DNA from: an uncultured delta proteobacterium
Lineage (GTDB): Bacteria; Desulfobacterota; Syntrophorhabdia; Syntrophorhabdales; WCHB1-27
Length of the DNA stretch: 64,000 nucleotides
Direction: 5' to 3'
Assembly (NCBI GenBank): GCA_963810935.1
Contig: CAWEPK010000008.1
Coordinates: 767,483-831,482 of the forward strand
Part shown: piece by piece, positions 20,721 through 30,272 of the stretch
Numbering within the stretch: position 1 is the first letter of the stretch
Layout of the letters: each line of letters opens with the position of its first letter
Program-made: the position numbers and the translations under genes
The notes under the pieces: generated by a model
What the model saw: the letters and a program-made list of their open reading frames with translations, nothing else
Told to the model about the DNA's origin: nothing
Databases searched by the model: none

Positions 20721-20918
20721 ATCCGGCCCGGCGTTGACCCGCCACGAGCTTCCCGTCCTCTTCGGCCGCATTCAGCCGCGGCTATTTCCCGGCAACCTTC
20801 AAAAGCAGAGGCATAACACCGACTTGCCGGGGAGAATAAAGCATTGTTGACGCGTGAGGACGAACCGATATAGTATACACAAACACCGGCCGGCCTCATC
20901 GCAGCGTTTAGGAATGCT

Positions 20919-22460
20919 TTGGAAGAATCAGCGATACGCCACATTTTAAAGACTTCGTTCGGCATCCAGTCCTTTCGTCACGGCCAATGGGAGATTATCT
21001 CATCGGTGTTGAGCAAACGGGATACACTGGCCGTAATGCCGACGGGCGGAGGAAAATCCCTTTGCTACCAGCTCCCCTCTGTCTGTCAGAAAGGAATTAC
21101 ATTGGTGATAACGCCTCTCATCTCACTGATGAGGGACCAGGTGTCGGCCTTGAAGGCAAGGGGAATCCCTTCCGGATGTATCAATTCCGGCCAGGACGCA
21201 GCCGAAAACCGGCGCGTGTTTCACGAGCTCAGGGCAAGCGATTCATTCCTGCTCTACCTTTCTCCCGAACGAATTCAGAAACCCGGTTTCGACCGCTGGG
21301 TGAAAACCGCACCCATCTCGCTCTTCGCCGTTGACGAGGCCCATTGCGTGTCCCAGTGGGGACATGATTTCAGACCGGATTACGGCAGGCTCAATCTCCT
21401 GCGTACCCTGCGCCCGGATGTTCCCATTCTCGCCACTACTGCGACGGCCACTCCGCAGGTTTTGAGAGACATCGCGAAACAACTTGCGCTTAACGCGCCA
21501 AGCCGGCATGTTTACGGCTTCTATCGCCCTAATCTCTATTACCAGGTCGAGTATTGCGACGACGAGGCAGAGAAGACGGCCCTTGTTCGGGAAGCGATAG
21601 ACCGAACGCCTCAAGGAAGGATTATCATTTACGCAGGAACGCGGAAACAGTGCGAGAACCTCTGTGACGAGCTGCGGACGCGGTATCCCGGCGTTGATTA
21701 TTATCATGCGGGTCTTTCAAGCGAAGAACGCGACTCCGTACAAGGCCGGTACAACAATGGCGCCGTCAGGATACTGGTGGCTACAAATGCCTTCGGCATG
21801 GGTGTCGATAGCCCGGATGTGAGGCTCATCGTTCATTATCAAATGCCTGCCAATCTCGATTATTATTATCAGGAAGTGGGGCGGGCCGGCCGGGACGGAG
21901 AAGAGTCCACCTGTCTTCTGTTGTACGCAAAGAAAGACCGGAGCCTTCAATCATTTTTTATACGCGAAAGAGAAGCCCCGGCTGAAATTAAACAGGCACG
22001 CTGGAAATCTCTCGATGCCATCATTCAGTACGCCGAAGGCGGTGAATGCCGGCACGCAGGGATCCTCACTTACTTTAAGGATGAAAATCGGATTCAGTCG
22101 TGCGGCCATTGCGACGTGTGCGACCCCGGCTCTCCGAGAAGAGTTCCGCATAGCTTCACTGCACAGACACCGACCCGGAAGGGGAAATCGAAGGAGAAGA
22201 AATCTCGCATCGAAAGAGTTGCAGGCCCGATGAGTGCTGAGGAATCCGCCAGGATGAAGGCCATCAAGGACTGGCGGCTCGAATATGCGAGGTCCCAGGA
22301 TATGCCGGCCTTTATAATCTTCAGTAACCGGACGCTGGAAGACCTGGCCAGGAAGAACCCTGAAACATTAACCGGCTTGCAAGAAGTTTACGGACTGGGC
22401 CCCCAGAAGATTGAAGCATTCGGCACAGAACTGCTCGAAATCCTCCGCGAGAATGCCTGA
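20919..22460 (+). CDS. recQ: ATP-dependent DNA helicase RecQ family with Zn-binding and HRDC domains
   Basis: MPTGGGKSLCYQ, VDEAHCVSQWGHDFRP, QEVGRAGRDG, CGHCDVC, C-terminal HRDC. Confidence 0.95.
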   Translation: MEESAIRHILKTSFGIQSFRHGQWEIISSVLSKRDTLAVMPTGGGKSLCYQLPSVCQKGITLVITPLISLMRDQVSALKARGIPSGCINSGQDAAENRRVFHELRASDSFLLYLSPERIQKPGFDRWVKTAPISLFAVDEAHCVSQWGHDFRPDYGRLNLLRTLRPDVPILATTATATPQVLRDIAKQLALNAPSRHVYGFYRPNLYYQVEYCDDEAEKTALVREAIDRTPQGRIIIYAGTRKQCENLCDELRTRYPGVDYYHAGLSSEERDSVQGRYNNGAVRILVATNAFGMGVDSPDVRLIVHYQMPANLDYYYQEVGRAGRDGEESTCLLLYAKKDRSLQSFFIREREAPAEIKQARWKSLDAIIQYAEGGECRHAGILTYFKDENRIQSCGHCDVCDPGSPRRVPHSFTAQTPTRKGKSKEKKSRIERVAGPMSAEESARMKAIKDWRLEYARSQDMPAFIIFSNRTLEDLARKNPETLTGLQEVYGLGPQKIEAFGTELLEILRENA

Positions 22461-22499
22461 AACCGATAAGCAAGCTATCTGTATTAGACAACCATCTTT

Positions 22500-23516
22500 C
22501 TACCGGGCAGCGAGAAATGCAATCAGGTCGTATACGTCATCGTCGGACAGCTTATCTTTGAAGGACGGCATTAGCCTGTAGGGCGTCCGTAATTGCCTGT
22601 AAACATTCTCGGGTGTCGCCTGGCGGCCGCTCACCGGCAACCGGGATCGTTTAAACACCCCTTTCAGTCCGGGACCGGCTATAGTCTCCCTGCTCTCCAC
22701 CGTGTGACAGGTCGCACAGTCAGCATTGAAGAGGGCCTGACCCCTTTTCACGCTCTCCGCATCCGTCCTTATCGGTACCTGTTTTGGCGGCTCTTTTGCC
22801 GGCTGCCCCTGGGGCGCTCCGGTAATCACGTTCACTATGTATGCGAAGAGGCGCCCCGCCTGCTCGTCGCTTATCCGCACTTGAGAGAAGGCAGGCATTA
22901 ACCCTAGCCTCCCCGATGAAAGACGAGGATCGCGTATCCAATGCAGGAACGAAGGGAGATCTTCGAGCTGAGGTGAACCTCTAAGGGGATGAGCAGGGCT
23001 CGCAATGTTAGCGCCGTAAGGATGGCAGCCGCTGCAATTTCCACGAAAGATATGCTCGCCTGCGCGGTATTGGGGGCCACCGGGCGGAGTTCTCCCATCA
23101 TACACAAGATTACCCCCGAAATACCCGAGCCCGATTACGGCGAGCAAGCTCAATACGTAGAGGGTAAAGCACGTTCCTGACATGGGCCTCGGATACCGGC
23201 CGACAATAAGAGCCACAGCCAGCAGGATTACGAGCAGACCCGCGAGGACCAGTTTTATCTTGACGGACAAAAGCCACCCGCCGGCAAAGAAATGCTGCCA
23301 ATCGGCTATGCCAAAGAAGGCCGCTGCAAAGACAGAAACGAACGCAGTAGCCGCGCAGTAACGGGCAGCACGCCGCAGGTGATCGCTGCGCAGCGACAGC
23401 GACAGCAGCCCAAACAGGCAGGCACCGAATATCAGGCCTATCGGGATATGCGTAAACTGGGGGTGAAGTGGATGCGGGTACCCGATAGCTTCCAGCAGGG
23501 CGTATATACGATCCAT
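22500..23516 (-). CDS. DUF2231-like membrane domain fused to two cytochrome c domains
   Basis: HPLHPQFTHIPIG N-terminal motif, 4 TM, then CSGCH and CATCH each followed by MP. Confidence 0.78.
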   Translation of the reverse strand: MDRIYALLEAIGYPHPLHPQFTHIPIGLIFGACLFGLLSLSLRSDHLRRAARYCAATAFVSVFAAAFFGIADWQHFFAGGWLLSVKIKLVLAGLLVILLAVALIVGRYPRPMSGTCFTLYVLSLLAVIGLGYFGGNLVYDGRTPPGGPQYRAGEHIFRGNCSGCHPYGANIASPAHPLRGSPQLEDLPSFLHWIRDPRLSSGRLGLMPAFSQVRISDEQAGRLFAYIVNVITGAPQGQPAKEPPKQVPIRTDAESVKRGQALFNADCATCHTVESRETIAGPGLKGVFKRSRLPVSGRQATPENVYRQLRTPYRLMPSFKDKLSDDDVYDLIAFLAAR

Positions 23517-23755
23517 CGGCTTCTTAGGAATCTATATTTTATGTTTAAGACCCGATACGGCAAACAGCAACCGAATTAGTCTGTTAACACAGGCAGTAGC
23601 CGATCTGATTGACAGCGAGGCGGGACATGCATAAGGTAATAACGTACATCCGTGCGTCTACTCTTCGGCAACCTGGTCCGGTAAGTTCTTCGGGCACTAT
23701 TTGAAGACAACAAAAGAAAGTGGCGTTTCAACCGCATCAAGCGTGGAGAAACCAA

Positions 23756-24997
23756 ATGAAGCATTTCGTGAGATGTTTCTTCCTCTGGAGCGCTTTTCTT
23801 TGGGTCCTGGTCTTTGCCGGTTCTTCCGTCTCCCCAGGATGGGCCGCCAAGTGCAACTCCACCCCCCTCTCCCCTGGATTATACCACTACACGATCGACG
23901 GCCAAACGGTCGTTGTTCGCGTGCCTTCGGGCTACTCCGACCAGACGCCCACGCCGGTCCTTCTCGATCTACACGGGGCCGGCTTGAATGGAGATGCCGA
24001 GGAGCTGATATCCGGGTTCGCGCCCCTCTGCGACGAGCACAATTTTATCGGCGTCTGGCCGAGCGGCGCGAACGGACAATGGCGGACCGATATCAACAAC
24101 CCCCCCACGGATATCCAGTACTTACTGGACGTTGTCGACTATATCCGGACGATTGCGAATGTAGACAGGAGCCGGATATACATCATCGGCATCTCCGAAG
24201 GGGCACAGATGACCAACACAATGGTCTGCCAGGCCGCCGATGTCTTTGCGGCGGCAGCGCCCGACTCCTTCCCCCTGACCGAGACCATCGCTCAGTGCAG
24301 GCCCGTCAGACCGGTTTCGGTCATGGAATGGGCCGGTTACGAGGACCCCATAGTCCCGTACAACGGCGGAGGGACCCTGAATGTCCCCCCTGCCCCCCAA
24401 TCTCTCCTTGAATGGTCACAGATAATGGGCTGCACCGGCAATCCTGTCACGACCGCTCCGCCGGACGGCTCGGGGCAGGTTCAAACGTACGAGACATGCA
24501 GCGCAGGGACCGAAGTCGGACTCGGAAGCATACACGGCACCCACGGCCTTTACGCCCAGTTCAATATCCAGGAATATACCTGGGCCTACCTTACCAAGTT
24601 CACCCTGCCCCTTACCCAGGATCAGCTTAACGCGTGCCCCGGTGACCCGAGTCCGGCGTCCGGTGGGGGTGATGGAGGCGGCGGAGGGGGCGGCAGTTGT
24701 TTCATCGCGACGGCTGTCTACGGGTCTTACCTCCACCCGCACGTGGCCGTATTGAAGGACTTCAGGGACAAGCGGCTGCTGACGAATGAGCCGGGCAGGG
24801 CCTTCGTCAGGCTTTACTACCGATACTCCCCTCCCGTGGCCGCCATGATAGATAGGCGCCCCGTTCTCAGGACAGCAGCCCGAGCCGGCCTCACCCCTAT
24901 CGTTTGCGCAGTCAAGCACCCCTACGGTGCGCTGACCTTCGCAATCCTGGCGGTGGGCGCCGTGTGGATAATTCGGAAGAGGATAACAAAGCGATAA
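23756..24997 (+). CDS. Secreted PHB-depolymerase/LpqC-like esterase with C-terminal CFI-box-CTERM region
   Basis: Signal peptide, DLHG oxyanion motif, GISEG nucleophile elbow, Gly linker, CFIATAVYGS..FRD..L..GRAFV..YY..SP and C-terminal TM. Confidence 0.8.
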   Translation: MKHFVRCFFLWSAFLWVLVFAGSSVSPGWAAKCNSTPLSPGLYHYTIDGQTVVVRVPSGYSDQTPTPVLLDLHGAGLNGDAEELISGFAPLCDEHNFIGVWPSGANGQWRTDINNPPTDIQYLLDVVDYIRTIANVDRSRIYIIGISEGAQMTNTMVCQAADVFAAAAPDSFPLTETIAQCRPVRPVSVMEWAGYEDPIVPYNGGGTLNVPPAPQSLLEWSQIMGCTGNPVTTAPPDGSGQVQTYETCSAGTEVGLGSIHGTHGLYAQFNIQEYTWAYLTKFTLPLTQDQLNACPGDPSPASGGGDGGGGGGGSCFIATAVYGSYLHPHVAVLKDFRDKRLLTNEPGRAFVRLYYRYSPPVAAMIDRRPVLRTAARAGLTPIVCAVKHPYGALTFAILAVGAVWIIRKRITKR

Positions 24998-25383
24998 GGT
25001 GGCCGTACGGAAGCCCGAAGGACCGTGTGCCCCCTGCCGTTGATAATCGATGCCCCCTTGTTCTTCAAAGTTATTCTATGTTGACAATTGACAGTTCGTC
25101 AATACGTACATACGTTTAGAGTCAGACCCATTCTAATAGGGAGTTTCAGAAATTGATCCGACTCTCTATTTGGGCATAAGTCCTGATCGATATAACGGAA
25201 AGAACAAAACAAAGGAAACCCCCGATGTGGAGCGAGCCACTTCCGAGGGTCGGGGTGAAGCGGAGGCCTGCGAGCCGACGGGTATCGCCGGGTGGAGGTG
25301 TATGCCCGAAAAGCGCGCCGTAGCTGCTTGCCGGTCAGACGGCGGACACGACGGGCAGCATTGCTACTCCGGAGGGGCATCGC

Positions 25384-26368
25384 TTGAACGCTCTTGTAAC
25401 GGGCGGAACAGGATTTATTGGTAGTCACCTGGTGGACTCTCTCGTGAGCGCGAACTGGGCCGTCCGCTGCCTCGTGCGTAGAAACAGCGGCGGCGCCTCC
25501 TGGCTCCGAGGGCTCCCGATCGAGCGTTGCTCCGGGGATTGCCGTTATTCGACGTCGCTCCGGGAAGCAGTAAAGGGGGTGGATGTCATATTCCATCTGG
25601 CAGGCGCGACCAGTGCGCTCGACGCCCGAACATATTTCGAGGTTAATGCGGTTGGAACCGACAACCTTTTGAGCGCCTGTGCAGAATTCAACCCGCACGT
25701 CAAAGCGTTCGTCTACGTTTCCAGCCAGGCTGCAGCCGGTCCGAGTGCCGGAGTTGCCTGCACCGAGGCGGACCCGTGCGCTCCCGTGTCCGCCTATGGA
25801 CGCAGCAAACGGCGAGGCGAGGAGCTTGCCCTGGGAATGTCCGCAAAGATTCCCGTTGTCGTCATCCGGCCTCCCGCCGTATACGGACCGAGGGACCGGG
25901 GCCTTCTCCCATTGTTCAAGCTTCTCTCATGGGGCATTCAACCACGCCTTGCCCGAAGGGGCCAGCGCTTCAGTCTCTGTTACGTGGAGGACCTGAGTTC
26001 GCGGCCTGCTGCTTGTCGCTGAAAAGGAGGAGGCCCGAGGAGAAATTTTCTTTCTTTCCGACGGGAAGGACTACGGTTGGAAGGAAATAGGCGATGCCTT
26101 CGCCAGGGCTGCCGGACGAAGGGCGACCCGGGATTTTACGGTCCCTGAATCCTTCATCCGGACATACGCCGCCATCGCCGATATGGTCGCGACAGTAAGG
26201 CGCAGGCCGGCGCTCCTCAACAGTGACAAAGTGAAGGAAATGGTCCAGCCGGGCTGGGTTTGCGATAACGGCAAATCGAGAAGATTGCTAGGTTTTGAGC
26301 CGCGCGTGACCCTCGACGAGGGCGCCCGGCTGACTTTCGGATGGTACAAGGAGGCAAAATGGCTTTAG
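25384..26368 (+). CDS. NAD-dependent epimerase/dehydratase-family (extended SDR) reductase, CerR-like; frameshift near 25996
   Basis: LVTGGTGFIG, HLAG, VSSQAAAG, YGRSK; continuation EDLVRGLLL..FGWYKEAKWL in another frame; overlaps spt start. Confidence 0.8.
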
Positions 26369-27574
26369 AAAACGCTCGGTGCACTTATTCACCAGTAGAC
26401 TTGTTCGACAAATGTGCCGGAATGAACGAGTTCGTTCGTTCGTTACGAGAGAGCGGTTGCTATTTTTTCTTCAGGAAGATCGAGTCCGCACAGGATACGG
26501 AGGTCACGATCGACGGCCGGCGGGTCATAATGGCGGGTTCCAATAATTATCTCGGCCTGGCGAGTCATCCCCGCGTCAAGGAGGCGGCTATCCGCGCTGT
26601 GGAGCGATACGGCACGGGCTGCGCGGGCTCGCGCGTCTTGAACGGCAACCTTGACATCCACGAGGAGCTGGAAAGCAAGCTGGCCAAGTTTTTCCGCAAG
26701 GAGGCAGCCCTGGTCTTTGCCGCAGGATACCAGGCGAACCTTGGCATCATTTCCGCGCTGGTCGGCAGGCAAGACAGCGCCGTCATCGACAAATACGACC
26801 ATGCGAGCATCATTGATGGATGCCGCCTTTCTTTCGGCAAGGTGAGAAAATTCGATCACAATAATATCGAGGACCTCGCCAATGTTCTCCGTAACGCAAA
26901 TAGCGGCGGCTGCCTGATTATTGTAGACGGCGTCTTCAGCATGGAGGGCGATATCGCCGACCTGCCCGCGATTACGAAACTCGCTAACGAGTGCGGGGCG
27001 CGGGTGATGGTGGACGATGCACACGGCATCGGTGTTCTGGGCAAAGGGGGAAGGGGCACGGCCGAACATTTCGGCGTGGAAGATGATGTCGATCTCATCA
27101 TGGGGACGTACAGCAAATCGCTGGCCGGAATCGGGGGCTTCGTCGCCGGGGCGGCCGACGTCATCCGGTACATCCGCCATGTCGGCCGTTCAATGCTCTT
27201 CAGCGCCGCCCTGCCGCCGCCGCTCGTCGCGGCAGTGAGTACCGCCCTGGATATCGTCGACGAGGAACCGGAGCTCCGGGAGCGCCTGTGGAAGAACACC
27301 CGAAAGATGCTGGAGGGATTCAGAGAGATGGGTTACGACATCGGCCGCAGCCAGACGCCTATCATCCCGATCATCATAAAGGACAACGCCAAGGTGTACC
27401 AGATGTGCCGGCTCCTTTTCGAGCAGGGCGTTTTTGTCAACCCCGTCATTAGCCCGGCGGTCCCCCCGGGCGAGAGCCCTGCGCACGAGCTATATGGCGA
27501 CGCATACAGATGAGCAGCTCGACCGTATCCTGGAGGCCTTCCGCACAGTGGGCAGGCAGGTGGAAGTAATCTAA
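26359..27574 (+). CDS. spt: Alpha-oxoamine synthase, serine palmitoyltransferase-like; frameshift near 27477
   Basis: GSNNYLGL, GCAGSRVLNG, HASIIDG, DGVFSMEGD, DDAH, PLP-lysine motif GTYSKS; tail LRTSYMATH in another frame. Confidence 0.8.
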
Positions 27575-27596
27575 AAGAACAGGAGGGTTGTGAGCG

Positions 27597-28714
27597 ATGG
27601 GTAATTTGGCCCTATGCGAGGCGACCGAAGAAAAAGAACGCATGCTTTTCGTCCGGTGCCCGTGGGATATTTACTCGGGGGACCGCTACTGGGTCCCGCC
27701 GCTCATACGGGAAACCATCGCCAAGATCAGTCCTAACCACCCCTTTTATTCCCATGCCGACCTGTCGCTCTTCATTGCGAGGAAAAACGGCCGTGTTGTC
27801 GGCCGTGTTGCGGCCATTATCGACCGCCACTACCTTGAGTTCCATGGCCGTAAGACAGGGTTCTTCGGGTTTTTTGAATCTTTACCCGATCCCGATATCG
27901 CCCCGGCGCTCCTGGAAGCGGCGCGGCACTGGCTGAAGGAGCGGGGCATGGAAGAGATGGCCGGACCCATGAACCCTTCGACAAATGATGAATGCGGCCT
28001 GCTGGTGAACGGTTTCGATTCCAGCCCCTGCTTCATGATGCCCTACAACCCGTCTTATTATCCAACGCTGCTGGAAGACTACGGCCTGCGCAAGTCGATG
28101 GACCTGCTGGCTTATGTGGTGGAGGAGCCGTCACGCGGGTTCCGTCGTCTGGAAGCTCTGGCGGAGCGCATCCGCCGAAAGGAGCCGTCTCTCACTGTAC
28201 GGCCTGTCAATCTGAAACGTTTCGATGAGGAGTGCAGAAGGTGAGAGACATCTACAACCAGGCATGGAGCAAGAACTGGGGGTTTGTGCCGTTCACTGAT
28301 GCCGAACTCGAGTATGCGGCCGCTAATTTAAAGCAATTGATTGTCCCGGACCTCTTCCTGTTTGCCTACTTCGGAGAAGAGCCCATCGGTTTCTCCCTCA
28401 CCATGCCCGACTACAACCTTGCCCTGAAACGTATGAACGGGAATGCCGGTCTGCTGGGGACGCTGCGGTTTCTATATTTCTCGCGGAAGATCAGAAGCCT
28501 CCGGGTCATGCTGCTCGGCATAAAGCATGCTTTCCAAAAGAGGGGCGCCGAAGGGCTGCTCATTCTGGAGACGTTCCTGCGGGCCATGGCACGGGGCTAC
28601 CGGAGCGGCGAATGCTCCTGGATTCTGGAGGACAACCTCCTCATGCAGCACGGGATCGAGGCGGTGGGCGGAAAGCAGTACAAGACGTACCGCATTTATC
28701 GAATGCCTATTTAA
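27597..28714 (+). CDS. GNAT-family N-acyltransferase, bacterial ceramide synthase (bCerS/YghO)-like; frameshift near 28232
   Basis: WVPPL, GRVAAI, FFGFFE, GPMNPSTN..GLLV.GF, MPYNP.YY, NWGFVP, SWILEDN, KTYRIY. Confidence 0.8.
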
Positions 28715-28869
28715 ATATCCTGCTGCAAGCAGCAGGATATTAAAGCAAGCGTAGCGCGGCGCCGAGCGGGGAGGCTCCGCGAGCTTTGCTCGTGGAGGGG
28801 GTGCTGAACCCCAATAATTGTCACGGAGCGAAGCGGAAACATCGATCTCCCTGCAGCAAGCTGCAGGGA
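28714..28869. repeat. Two related palindromic hairpins bracketing ~105 bp; IS200/IS605-type end / PATE- or REP-like remnant
   Basis: AATATCCTGCTG-CAAG-CAGCAGGATATT (28714-28741) and TCCCTGCAG-CAAG-CTGCAGGGA (28848-28869). Confidence 0.5.
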
Positions 28870-28945
28870 ATCCACAAGTTGAACAAAGACCGACATCGGT
28901 TTATTGCGCAACGAACGAACTAACGACCATGAGGCTATTTGGGAA

Positions 28946-30262
28946 ATGGTCCCGGTAATTCACAAGCCCATGAATGCCACTGAAGCCCCCGCGCGCTATC
29001 CGGCGCTCACGCTGGACCGGATGCTGCACCTGGCCCGCCACCTGCACGACGGGCAGAGCCGATACCTCGTCACCTTTTCCGGACGCCTCGATACTGAGCG
29101 GATAGCCCGGGCCTTCGAGCTGAGTCTCGATGCCGAGCCTGTCCTGGGTTGCAGGTTCGTCGACCACCCCTGGCGCCCGTACTGGGAACGGCTCCCCTGC
29201 GTGAAACGGGTCTCCCCTCTTTCGATCGTGGAAACGGATAACGAGCATTCAGTGCACGCCTGGCTGGGGGCCCCTCTCGACGCTTCAGCGGGTGTCCAGG
29301 TCCGCGCGTCTCTTTTTAGGAGGTCCACGGAAAAACTCGCAGTCAAACTGAGCCACGAAGCGGCCGATTTCGGAGGGTCGATCGATTACCTCGGTATCCT
29401 AAGCACCATTTACCGGGAGTTGCGGACCAACCCCGCATACGTTCCCCGGCCGCGGACAGCAAGGCTTGGACAGGGCCCGGTGCTGCGCGGCGCGGGCTTC
29501 CGCCAACTGCTGCGAGGCTGCTTTCATTTCTCGGCCCCGAACGCGGGGATTGATTTCGGGGTCTCCGCTGACGGGATTGGGGAGCCGGCCTTCGCCGAGC
29601 GTCACCTCGAGCCTGACGGTTTCCTCCGCATTCGGGAGTACTGCCGCACGCGCGGGACCACAATAAATGAAGTCGCCCTGGCCGCTTTTTATCGCGCCCA
29701 TTTTCAGGTCTTCGCGCCCCCGGCTGGTGCAAAGCTGACTATTCCGATCCCGGTAAACCTTCGCCGTCACCTGCCCGCTGACAGCTCGGCGGGCGTCTGC
29801 AACCTCCCGGCGATATTCTTTGCGGGGGTGAAAGATCAGCGCTTCGATGCCCTGGCCGCGGATGTTCGCCGGCTCATGGCGTCCGCCCGCCTCAACACGC
29901 CCTGGCTCGGGCAAGCCGTTCTGGTCGAGCTGATGTTCCTCCTGCCGTACGCTCTCCTTCGGTGGATAGCCAGGCGGCGTATACCTCGCCAGATCGCATC
30001 AGGGAAGATCTATCCTTACATCTCGAACGACGGGATCATCGACACCCGCCGCTTCGATTTCGGAGATCCTGCGATATGTGACTTCGACACATGGGGCCCG
30101 GTGCCCAACCACCCGCTTCCCACTATCTCCGTTTACTCGGTCGGCGACAAATTAAAGACTTCGATAGCGACCCGGGACCGGCCGAATGGCCGTTGGGCGG
30201 AGCGTCTCCTGGACGCTTATATGCGAGAATTGCCGGGGCAAGCTCCCCCGGCAGCATCTTAG
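28946..30262 (+). CDS. Stand-alone condensation-domain / CoA-dependent acyltransferase, copy 1
   Basis: HxxxD motif LSHEAADFGG, TINEV.LAA, IPVNLRR, VCNL, YISNDG; start uncertain (28904-28970). Confidence 0.78.
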   Translation: MVPVIHKPMNATEAPARYPALTLDRMLHLARHLHDGQSRYLVTFSGRLDTERIARAFELSLDAEPVLGCRFVDHPWRPYWERLPCVKRVSPLSIVETDNEHSVHAWLGAPLDASAGVQVRASLFRRSTEKLAVKLSHEAADFGGSIDYLGILSTIYRELRTNPAYVPRPRTARLGQGPVLRGAGFRQLLRGCFHFSAPNAGIDFGVSADGIGEPAFAERHLEPDGFLRIREYCRTRGTTINEVALAAFYRAHFQVFAPPAGAKLTIPIPVNLRRHLPADSSAGVCNLPAIFFAGVKDQRFDALAADVRRLMASARLNTPWLGQAVLVELMFLLPYALLRWIARRRIPRQIASGKIYPYISNDGIIDTRRFDFGDPAICDFDTWGPVPNHPLPTISVYSVGDKLKTSIATRDRPNGRWAERLLDAYMRELPGQAPPAAS

Positions 30263-30272
30263 GACAGGGTGC

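Noticed and set aside
20721..20845. Imperfect long hairpin, possible ncRNA/tRNA
   Set aside because: No tRNA arms or known RNA motif recognised; may be incidental GC-rich pairing
24655..24700. G-rich repeat
   Set aside because: Encodes the poly-Gly linker before the CFI-box; not an independent repeat
25150..25380. Possible riboswitch or ACP gene upstream of the ceramide genes
   Set aside because: No recognisable aptamer consensus, and ORF 25170..25424 lacks the DSL phosphopantetheine motif
26359..27574. BioF or Kbl assignment
   Set aside because: No bio/tdh context; the GTYSKS motif and flanking bCerS/CerR-like genes favour Spt (not proven)
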